Assembly (NCBI GenBank): GCA_030141605.1
Contig: JAQGDQ010000521.1
Coordinates: 91,870-155,869, forward strand
Source of the DNA: Tubiluchus corallicola
Lineage: Eukaryota; Animalia; Priapulida
DNA: 64,000 nucleotides
Reading direction: 5' to 3'
Part shown: one piece after another, positions 23,901 through 35,900 of the stretch
How the letters are laid out: every line of letters begins with the position of its first letter
How positions within the stretch are numbered: the first letter of the stretch is position 1
Notes under the pieces: model-generated
The model's database searches: none
What the model was told of the DNA's origin: nothing
What the model saw: only the letters and a program-made list of their open reading frames with translations
Translations under genes and position numbers: made by a program

Positions 23901-24914
23901 GGGTAATGCATTTTTCTTTTTTAATGTTCATTTACAGTCATTCATTCATTCATGTTCGTAAGTGGTGCACACTTTGTATAGAGTATAATTAATGGCTCGG
24001 TGCCACTCATACGTGCCCGTCTCTAGAAGAGGATAAATAATTCACAAAATGTTTCTTTGGTTGCTAAAATGCAGAAAGTCTATGAAAATTTTAAATTATG
24101 CTGAGAAATAAAGGCTCAGCTAATTTGGATTATTTGTTGACTCTTGTAATTCACACAAAAAATTAATGAAATTAAGTAGATGGAAATGTATGTTTTGCTA
24201 TCAAGTTTATGAAATTTAAGCAGAACAGAACTCTCTATTTCATGATCAGAGTTAGCTAACCTTCGTAACAACACTTCCAATTGAAATATCAGCAGGGTGT
24301 AAATATTCAGTGTAAACTTTGCTTTATTAAATTGTTCCAAGATTAATTAAGTAATAGTGAAGAATTGTGCTATACCTGTATTGAAGATCATGTATTACTA
24401 ACTGTAGCATCTTAACTATACTGTAGTATCTTGTGCGGTCACGTGGAATTGATAAAAATCAAATGTCAGTGCCATTTCAATGCAAAACCGTACCTGTAGC
24501 TTCCTTTATAAAAATAATTATTGATACTACTAACTGTTATTTGACTTATGTGTGAATTTTAGTAAGTTTAATACCCCGGTATACATTAATTAGTACTGTT
24601 AATCTTATTGTTGAAGTTTTTACTGAGGAAGCAAAATCAGTATTTCATTTTGTTGTTAAATTTCATTGCTGTTTATTTTCAAATAATACGTTGGTTGATT
24701 TATTTTCATTAAAAGTTGCATAATAATTATGTTGTTGTATCATAATGTCATGTTAATAAAGGAGCTACTTTTTAACTTAAGTGACTTGAGCTACTTATTT
24801 GAACTGATTTACTTTGACAGTAATTGATTTCGCAAAAATAGGTAAATCACATTCTGTCAGTTGTATGCGCAAAAAAGATTTCATACGGTGTTGGCTGATA
24901 CCGCCAGTAAAAAT

Positions 24915-25090
24915 TGCCAAACCTCATAACGCCCGCATGTATAATGCCAACCTCGCTTAATGCCGATAGTTTTGGCAAAACATACTTATATGGAGTAATA
25001 TTGTATTAATGCACCTCATTTTAATGAAAAAAACTCGCTTAACTTTTTTGCAATCTCAAAGCAGGTGGTATAAGGAGGTTTTGATTGTAT
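24915..25090. mobile_element. Degenerate Tigger/pogo-like MITE remnant
   Basis: AACCTC...TATAATGCCAACCTCGCTTAA...TTTTGGCAAAACA matches 49600-49740; ends AGGTTTTGATTGTA, the reverse complement of a TACAGTCAAACCT-like terminus. Confidence 0.5.
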
Positions 25091-28000
25091 CTCATAATGT
25101 CTTATTCAACACAGGTAGTATATGAATGCTTGTTATTAAGTCAAACAAAAAACAATATAACACACAGCTGAAGTAAACATTATACCATTATTATATATTT
25201 TCCAAAAATAGTACAATAATATATGAATATGCCAATTTAACTTTAGTTCTCAGCATTACAACACAGCACCCTTGCTAGCTTTAGTTAGACACTAAAATGT
25301 CAAAGTCGTGACACACACATACTGATGTCATCATTTATGGTTAATGACAGCAAGTGCCATGCATGCATGACTTACTGAACAAACTGTTACCATTTGTTAC
25401 AGTCAAGATACGTACACACTGATGTTACCTTGTTTACTGACACATTGTACACCTGTACTACATCTGCGTGGAAAGTCAATGTTAACTGTCACCGCTTGGC
25501 GGGGGGGTTACTGACACCATGTGTCACTGCATGCATGACTTACTGACATTGAAGTGTCACCATTTGCACGACACACACCAGACTGCTGCGTGTACACATC
25601 GAATTAGATTATAAGTGACAAAATTACAGTGCACATACTGCATTCCACAAACTAATGGGGCTGGTCAAGGACCGATTCAACCACTTGATGTTTTCCATTG
25701 TGGTTCCACCTATACTAATCGGGCCTTGACAGTGATCAGAACTGCAACTTTAAACTAGATCAATAATCTGGGATTATGTAGACTTGCCCAAAAACGGCTA
25801 AATGGCTCACAAACGACCATAAAATACTAAGAAATTCCACATAAACAAAAATATAAGATCAAATTCCAAATAAGGCAACTAGGAATTACAATATGGAAGC
25901 AATACTGATTAATGTGCAGACTTGTTGCGCTGCTGTGTCAGTCCACTCCAAAATTCAGAGTGTAAAAGCGTGATGCCAAACAAAACACGTCGACAATATT
26001 GCCACACGGCAGACGCAACAAGTCACAGCTGTCTCATCACAATTCTAGTAAATTAGTCTCAAAAACAACACCCCGTGAAAAATATATTTTAGAAATATGC
26101 AACATCGTGGTAAAGTGCCACAGTATGCCATTTGCAGAAGATGCACAAAGCACATTCACCAGAGTAAGCAATCAGCAAATAAAGATTAAAGCTGCTATCG
26201 TCAGTGTAGCTATTATACAAGCTACCTACTGAACACTGGAGCACCATCGCCACGATGTTTTTTGCATGTTAGCTATTATGATCAGTACAATGTTTATACT
26301 ACGAATTTTTATCCAGCAGCACTAACAACAATCACAGACACAAATAGAACACACTATTAAAGTGTATAATCATAGCAATGGGATGATTATTAACCTTTAC
26401 ATATCACGTACACTAATTGCCGTGTGTGAAAATCCACGGTAGCTGTGAAGCCTATCAAAAATGGGCAACTTGAACTAACAGAACCACGTGAATTTGATTT
26501 ACTGAAATTTGTTGTTAACAATGCTCTCGATGATGTCTGCAATAATCATTATTCATAAGAGTTTTAGCTGAAACAGGAAGTACAGAATAACTGTGTTTAA
26601 TGTAGTCACGCCAACAGAATTAAACGAATTTGTTTTACTTATGCAACAAAAAGAGAAACATTTTGCCACAAAAGTACTGCTGTAAACTCACCAGAACATT
26701 CTAATATAGGTGCGACATTTTGTCCAGAGAATTTAATAAAATTGAAAACATTTGTACTGATTGACTTTCCTTGCATGCTCCAAAAGCAATTCTAGTATTT
26801 GACAACACTGAAACAGCACCATTAAAATGCCACAGAAATTAAAAATCACTAGCGTCATGCATAAAACATTGCACATTATATCGTTCTATTGAACAAGCTA
26901 CTGCCTGAGCAGTTACTTGAGGGTGACATTTAGTGTTTAGTGTACAAAATACACGGGGGAGACAGTAAACAATCTTACATCTTTAACTAAATGAAGATGA
27001 AACCAATACCGAACTAAGTGTTTTACCATGTGCTAATAGAAATTTACGTATGGGGTGAGATATTACTGCTGCTAGATAATTATTGCTAAAACCTATGCTT
27101 GCGTGACAGACCCAAGTAATACCAGCAATGCCACAGTGAAAGAAACTCTATACATGGGATACAGCTTTAAGAAAATGTAGCAAATTTTGCTGCTTCACTT
27201 CTCTAGCATCATCTAGCTTCTCTAATCCACTGCATAGATCATCAAAAATATAACACTGTCATAAATAACTATTGACCATCCAGGTAGCTATCTCCGATAT
27301 TTCAGAGGTAATATAAACACAATTTTTTTAATATACATAAAATTGGTTATCTCATAATATAGAATAACACGAAAGCAGTTAACACGTTGGTTAGATAATT
27401 CAATAAGTGAACAGAAATGTCTATCTGCTATATTAAAACAATTGTAAATGAAAACAAAAATAAACACAATAACACGGTGCAGAGCAAATATACGCTGCTA
27501 TATAAATTGGAATTATCAATTATTTTGACTAAATGAGCAAACGTGAAAACAGCAACACAGAATATTAAAAGCTCAATTTTGAAATAAAGCTTTGGCTGTA
27601 TGAAATACACAAGTAAATATATAATATAATAGGCACTTTTACCCAAACTCTATCCGAGACAGACTACTCACCCGGCTACAGCTTGATTAAACACTAATCA
27701 ATAACTAATCAATATGCGATATCATTAGAAAAAATAACATTGCAAAATATTATTAAATATAATTGTATATGAAAAGTGTTCGTGAATAGAAAAGTCTTCA
27801 AAAATAATAATAATATTATGAATGAAAAACACGTTTTTGTCATTTTCAACGATTCAGTGACAATTTATCTTGCTGGTAACAGCAGCTTGTATTATTTTTT
27901 CTAGCTTAAATGTTTAAATTATGCTACAAATGTTTTTATTACTTTGTCCAACAACAGGAAATTGTAATCAAAACATAATAAATATCCCACTTGTAATAAT

Positions 28001-28236
28001 TTTCTAGAAAAGTTGACAAATTCAACTCTAAAGCTTAAGATAACGAATTTTCAACACAAACTGACAACAGCATGCAAAAATAAAAACTTCTTGTAACTTA
28101 TTATAAGTACGCATGTTAACAAGCTATAATGCGTCTGCAGCTAAATGATAAATTTTCCAAAAGACCCAGTCTCTGGGTTTACTAAAACTAAAAATTAAGT
28201 GGTAAATTTCAAAAATATTCAAGTAGCAATAAATTT

Positions 28237-28514
28237 ATTTGAAAAAAACGAAGGCCAGCTGCTTAACAAAAGAAAAGAGGACAACTAAAATGAAGAAAAT
28301 CTTCAGGATTACTGCCTCATACCTGCTTAGAAACATTCTTTATCTAAAATATGTAGGTAGCCTATTCAAATAATTATTTTACTTAAAACAGAAACTTACG
28401 AGTTACAAACAACGAATGTTTCTAAGCATGCAGAAGATGCAGTAATCTTGAACATTTTTACTTTTGTACTCCTGTTTTCCTCGTTAACTGACTTGCCTTG
28501 CATTTTTTAAAAAT
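28237..28514. repeat. Long imperfect inverted repeat (arms about 100 bp) downstream of the mei-P26 stop
   Basis: TGCTTAGAAACATTC (28324-28338) pairs perfectly with GAATGTTTCTAAGCA (28414-28428). Pairing continues outward via TTCAGGATTACTGC/GCAGTAATCTTGAA and AAGGCCAGCTGCTTAAC/GTTAACTGACTTGCCTT. Confidence 0.85.
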
Positions 28515-29993
28515 ATCGTTAACATTTATTTTTGTAAGTACAGGGTAAAAATTGTCCTTATCGTATTGTAAGGCCATTAATGCATACAAAAATTTAAATG
28601 AAAAAAAGGTTCATCCAAAATTAAACTGCTGCAAAACATACGCCTTCCATTTTCCCTGTACGTTTGATATTACTCCATACTTTATAAATTAAGCGAAATT
28701 AAGTGCCCTAGAATCGATGATACTGATACCATTCATCTACGATAAGTCAAACCAAACATTTAAGCTAAACTTGTTACGGTAAACTACCATTAAAATTGTA
28801 ATAGTCACCTGATAATGCGCTCCACCTTAACAGAACGTAAAGACTACAGTTAGCACTGACATTATTGCACATTAATTAATCAATAATTATAATAATTATA
28901 ATAATTAGTTTGGCTCGCTAGTGAATCTCCGAAAATGAAGAATCCAAACTAAATTAAATCTAGTATATAATAATAAATGAAAATACAATGGACAGGCCAA
29001 AACATGCCTAAATTCTGAGTATATATAACACGTATAATGATAGGAAACACATTAAAGGTGATACATAGACATAAACGTAAACAAAAATAACAATCGCATC
29101 TTGCAGATTAGTTTGCATAACGCAAGGTCGGTTTATTTTTTTCCGAAAAAGCCAATTATAAGAAAGGCACTTAATCAAAAAAAGAAAGAGAAAAACTTGC
29201 ATGCTAAAATACATTAAACTCGAACTCTCTCGCACTCTATAAAACTCAAAATCAACCCCGTCGTGTCGAGAGTTCTAAATACGTTTGCTTGTGAAAATGA
29301 ACAAAAACTAAACATTATCAATAATATAAACTGCGTTCCGGCTTTAAAGGAATCAATTCGGTTAGGTAAAACTCGCTCAAAAGGGAGCAGTTTCCAATAC
29401 GGTCGTGTTGAATTTGTGAGAATGTAGCGTTTCGATAGAAAAACGTAAATCGAATGAGACTGAAAAACATTATCACTAGCTTTATACTTGTCGGAATAAA
29501 AATAAACACATACGTACAGATAATGTATATAAATCATTGTAAAATAACTCTTGACTAAATACCATCGTAATAAAGTTGGTAAAATTTAAGAAACAAAACC
29601 CCGTCAAAAACGGTCTCGGGCAGAAATAAGTATAAATGCTAATATTAAGGATGATCACAAAGTCTTGTACACGCTGGACGTTTTACTCACGTTACTGGAG
29701 TTAACATTGAGCTACATAATAATAGTAAAGAAAACAAAGCACCCGTGCCGAGCGAATGCTTTGAAACATAGCACCTATGTTTTAAATAGTATGTGGAATT
29801 GAAAAAAACAAAACAAAACAAGCGGAACCGAGGTATCCAGGTTCCGACTTAAATCCGATTTCAAAAAAACAATCAAATGAATTGATTAAATCACCTACAT
29901 GATCAGAAAGCAATCGATACAAGAATGAACACATGCAATAGTGACCGATAAATATCTAAACAGCAAACGCATCCACACAGAGCAGCAGTCAAC

Positions 29994-32900
29994 TTACATG
30001 ATGTACAGCGTGTTCAACACAAGTACGTGGTGGTTGTTTTTGGCCAAGGTAACAATATAGCCTTCCGAAGTGATCTTCAATCCGCAACAGCGACTTACTT
30101 TAACGTACGGACATTCAAACTCAGACAAAATTGATCCATCGCGATGAAACACGGCAACGTGAAAACGGTTGCCATGGGAATCACCGACCAACACATCTCC
30201 AGCGTCGCTGATATCAATACCATTGGGAAAGCAAGTGATGTTTTCACATCCAATGCGGCGAAGGAAATGGCCTTCCTCATCAAAGACGACGACGCAGTGG
30301 CCCTTGAAGTCGCAGACGTAGTATTCTTTACCACTGATAGCAATATCTGATGGTTCTCTCATGTAGTCACTGCAGTCAAACCATTTCAGTAAATCCCCGA
30401 CCTCTGATATGCGAAATACGGTAGGTGACACACTGTCCACGGCAACGATGTGTCCCTGGTGAGTGATCGCCAAGCCAGCTACAATGTCGATGTATCGGAT
30501 TGCTATCTTCTTGATAAAATGGCCGTTCTTCGTGAAGATCTGCATGCGGGAGCGTTCATTCCCACGGTCACAGACGACAAACTTACCTGAACTTCGTATC
30601 ACTGCGACTTTTCGAGGATACCACAATTGCCCCTCTTCTCGTCCCGGGATGCCAAACTGATACTTGAACTCACCAGTTTTCTCAAACACCTGAACACGAT
30701 GATTGTTAGTATCGGCAACTATGATGTCTTCATCAGTACCAAGACAAAATCCATGTGGGGAATTGAACTGGGTCTTACCAGGTCCAAGCTGACCAAACTT
30801 ACACCTGTGTAATAGTAAATACAAAGGCATTTCAGTCACACAGATCGCTATTGCAAAAATAAGTGCCATACCTAGCAACTACAACAGCACAGAAGCCACT
30901 GGTAGCAACAATAGTATTATTTACCTTATTTGCATAGTATTTAGCTTCCCTGATGTTGCACGAACGGGTACATTAGGATTTATCCCGCCAGGACCATTAA
31001 AATTTCCACCTGGAAATCCTGCAAAACATTTGTTGTTATAAGAAATGCAAGAAAGCATATGAAAACCCTCACTAGGTTGAAAGCATATGAAAACCTGATG
31101 AATATCAAAGTTACACTCCATATGCTAAAAACAAAACAGTTGCAGGATTGCATGTTGCATGCTTTTCAAACTTTAGCAGGTCAAATGATACTTGCAGAAA
31201 AACCAACTCCTAAGTTAAGACAAGGCAGATGCTGGCGCAGAGTGTTTTGTAAGTTTTTCACAATAATAGGATAGCACGTTCAGGTTGTTGTTTATTTATT
31301 TTTTGCCAAATTGATTTTTCTGCTCACTAAATAACAAATAAGTCAGAACTTTCTATATCAGTACACACAGGGTGTGATTTAATTTTAAAAGTGTGCAGCA
31401 AGTTGCTGCACAGCTGACCTTAAGCCAGTGATACCAATTTCTCCCAAATGGGTCCCGTGCCTCAGAGGCCTCATACTAGAGAGTAGGGCATATATGCATC
31501 TATGCTTGTTAGTATATATCGGCAAATATGCTATGCATTTTCGGCTGTTATGCTGTCAGTATACACGTGCCACATGGCAGATAAGTCATTGTATGCAACG
31601 ACAACTAATATAACAGAGCACTTAACCAGCAAAAATCAGCCAGTTGTTGAATTGTGTGTAAAAATATCGAAACACTAACCGTATATATTTTAGTCAAATA
31701 TATTTGTATTATGTCTGTTTCCTTTTGCATTTTTATGCTTAAAAACCAGTGTCACTTGATGCCAGTTTTATACGGCAGAGAGCTCTGTGGCAAAATATAA
31801 AGTAGCCCATATTCAAACAGCTGGGTGGTGTACACAAAGTATTTTTACTTTTAATTTCACATTTGTTAATACGCACTTTGAAGTGGTGATCTACACATTT
31901 TGTTTGTTACTTGTCGGGCTTAAAAATTTAGCTGTTTGGTTCATTAATTCATACACACTGCAATTTTTAAGAACACGTTTTAATTGCTTACCATTCTGTC
32001 ATAGTAATACAAAACCTATAACAGCATATTTTCACGATTTTACAGACTTTAGCTGGGAACCTGGGGCTCATCAAAATTCTTCCAGTAGGCACACCCTAAG
32101 GCCGGCTCTGGATTACTGCACAAGGTTTAATGCATACAAACATGACCTGTCACACATAACAGAATCTATTACAAAGTAAAAATTGGGGAAAATTCTGACT
32201 GGATGTTACTCATATAACAAGATATAACAGAGTTATAATTAGAGATATTTTCCGCCACCGTCTTAAAAACACAGATCTTAAACGCTTTTTGAAGAGCTGA
32301 AGTCTGCTGCGGTAATACTGCTTTTTTCTTCCCTGGGGATCGGAGTAGCCATTGCCAACAAGGCTTTTGCTCTGATGCGAACAACTATCCCTGAAGACAA
32401 CATAAGTAAACATAGTAAGTAACATACCTGGCGTCGGCTGAGACAGGAAATTCGCCATTGATGTGTTGTTCAAATTAAGGATATTCATGTCCATATTTGT
32501 AAGTGTATTGATTTGATCAAGAGGAGAACTCTTCCCACTGCTCATAAGACCTAAAAAACATATATCTCTATAACTAGGTCAACACCAATCAGCAGATGGC
32601 CATCTCCCTCAGTTTAAATACAGTCGACTAGGAAGTGATCTTCTAAAAAAAGCTTAAATGAATTAATCTACATGGGACTCAACAATGTAATGCCTTTCTA
32701 CTATTATTTGTTTCTTTTTAAAAGAAATGCCGCACTCTAAGAAAAAGTAAATTCGTTGTTTGATGGAATAGGCTTGATCACCAAGTTCAAAACTAGGATC
32801 TAAATACCAACAGAAAAGTTTTTCAAATTGCAGGTAGGTAAAGCAGCCAACAAAAACTAAAGGTTATCACAAATTTTGTTTGTTAAAGGAAAGGTATCCT

Positions 32901-35900
32901 TTTTTGTGGCTTTTCATTAATCCCATCATCGTTATAATCGTCGTCGTCATCATCATCGCCATCATGAACATCATTGTTACCACTGTCATAATCACTACCA
33001 TCATTAACAGTCTATACGTATGTTAAAATACAACTTACTTCCAGTTCCAACTAACCCGGTTGAAGTATTGAGAGCAGCGGCTGTATTCAGCAGATTAAGG
33101 ATGTCAGCAGAAGGAGGCAGTCCAAGAGGAGCCTGGCTTTGTGCTGGAAATCCTAAACTAGTGCCTCCAGCAGAAACACCCAGCTGAGACAAGCCGGAAA
33201 CATTGTTCACTGTCAGTCCAGGAATCACCTGACCATTGATTGTTATCAGACCTGAAAATAAAACAATATCCTCTTAGAGGCGAGTAGAACTAGGCAGCTA
33301 AAGGAAAATAAAGTAACGATAAGTATGGTCAATAAAATTCTGATCAGTTAAACTAAAACACCTGCCTATGATTTTCTGGGGCAGTACCGACGTAGTGGTA
33401 TTCTATGACAGTACGTTTGTAAAAAATTCGAAGCAGATTGAATTCTTCTACAGTATAACATAGTGAAATTGAATCATAATCTTTTACTTTCTTTCTTAAA
33501 ACAAGTGCTACACTAATTAGAATGCATGTTTTCATACCCCTTGATAATTTCAGTATAAAATTATCCATTATCAGCGGCGGATTATGATTTTATGGGCCTT
33601 AGGCTTGAGCTTGGAACGGGCCTTTTAAATGTTGCTACACTGCTGAGCTGACGTGTTTTTGTGGAGCTCTCGTCGTTTGTAAGTTTGTTTAATTTTGTGA
33701 GTTTTTGCCCACCGATTGTGATAAAATGGACTTTTCAGAAATTATAAATGACTTTGCCCCAGAAAAATTCGGAAACTGAAATTTTGAACTTAAACTTAAA
33801 CTGTGTAAACGTGAATTGTGTAAACTTAAATTGTGTAAACTTGAATTGTGTAAACTTAAATTGTGTAAACTTGATTTGTGTAAACCCAATTTGAAATATA
33901 GTGACTGACTTTTGAAAAAAAGAGCCCCTTGCTCTTTTGTCAATTTATTTTTTTTAACAAAAAAAAATTGTTTTCGTTTTATTTTGCCTGGCCCCTTTTG
34001 ATCCCGGGCCTTAGGCTTCAGCCTATTCAGCCTATAGGGCTATCCACTACAGTCCATTATTCTTGCTAGTAGAATTTTTAGATACCTATTACATAATTTT
34101 AATAACTTTGATAACAATGTAAATACAGCATTAATATGCACAAAAATATAAAAAATCTTATATAATCAAAATTTACTTTTGTCAAATTTGATTTGGGTTT
34201 TATTCAAGGCACAAAAATATATATGGCTTTCCTTATAGCATGCAGTATGTCAGAGTATGCGAGAGTGTTCATTTCTTTAAAACTAGTCTATTTAATCCAT
34301 TTCACACAATATTCACATAGTGCAATGAGTTCAACAGAAGATCCTTTCGAAATTCAATGTTTTTAATTTGGCTCCCAAAGTTTCAATGATGTGTTTTTAA
34401 TTCATGCTGTAATCTATATACAATCCTGGTCCCAAGTAAGCTAAAGGAACTGAGATCCATCCCATCAAAGAAGCCATTTACTTGCACAAAAAAACACAAT
34501 TGTCATGCAGTTTAATTCAAATTTAGTTATTAACCATAATGAAATCGAAAAACCAGGTTGTTTGTCTGATATGGCCTAGCAAAGAAAAGTTGCGGAATGA
34601 AATAATCTAGCATAGCAGCGTGAGTGCACCATTCAAATGGCCTATTTTATTAGCATTTACTAACTATGTTCTGTAGCAGTTAGCAAGTACTGTATTTTTA
34701 TTCTCTCAGATGAGGCACTAAATCAACACAGGTACATTAGCAACCCTTTCAACATGTACACATCTCACTCAGCAAGACGATCACTCAGCAAGTTTTCCTG
34801 GCAAATTTAAAAGGCTCAATGTTGCTTAACTACAGTTGTTAAACACACACTTTTACTACTCAATTATTCCCTTTACCCACACAAATCAAGTCCTACATAT
34901 TTTTGTTACAACTACCAACTAGTATGCATATAGTAATGTGTGAACTACGGATGCAGGCGCTAAAAAACAACTTACCTTGTGCGTTGATGTTGACATTTCC
35001 AAGTTTGCTTAGTTCCTGAAGACTGGTTATGTGTCCATTACCTATGTCAGAAGACACGCTGTCGCTCATGGTGGGACTGTGAGAGTTGCGTGACAGGCTG
35101 CGATCAGACTGCATCATGGGAGGAACCGGCATCGGTGGCGGCATTGTGGTGAAATCCTTATTAAAAAGTAAAAATTATATGGCAGTCAAAGGAAAACCAA
35201 TGAAAAACAAGAATTTAATATTTAATACAGGAAGCAATTTTTTAATTAATACTCACATTTGTATGGAGAACAACATACACAAACTAAGGAGTGTTAAATA
35301 ATTCCGATTTATGCAAAGTCAACAGACTCGTCAAAAAGAAGCAGTTTCTAGTTTTCATTCTAATTTCCGTTAGTCTAAAAAGTCAACAACATGTTGACCA
35401 ACAGCTCTAAATGTCAAAAACCTAAATTCATTACTTGCTGTTTATATTCACATTAATTTTGGATTACTCATTGTGACCATATACTAGTTATACAACTGGA
35501 CTATAAATCAATATACAGTAACGCCGCTTAATAGACTCACCTTGGGACGGAAGTGTTTTGAGCCAATTAACAGACTGAACATATTAACTGGTGGGTGTTG
35601 TACTACTGGTATAGTATTAAACTTATTAAAAATGTTAACTTACAGGTGCAATGACATGGGACGCTTGCTTGGGACTGATAACACCAGCAAGTGAAAACAC
35701 GTCGCTGTCAAATGACGAATGCATAGACGTCGGTGAAGGAACATGCGGGTGAGAGTTTGGTATAGGTTTCTCATCACTTTGCTCAAAAGTTCTAAAACAT
35801 CACAATCACAACTGACAAAAAAAATTTTGCAAGACAGAAAAATACAGATGTGGTCAAAAATATTACGTGTAGATATTACGTACCACTTTGATAATTTCTT

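Noticed and set aside
30805-30878. Signal-peptide-like N-terminus [14 protein letters not shown] on the 294-aa NHL ORF
   Set aside because: Intronic read-through upstream of the acceptor at 30805; the true exon joins MQIR|CKFG from exon 31018-30925.
33689-33943. ORF with [10 protein letters not shown] repeats; CRISPR-like periodicity
   Set aside because: A 15-bp minisatellite inside a hAT MITE; no unique spacers, eukaryotic context.
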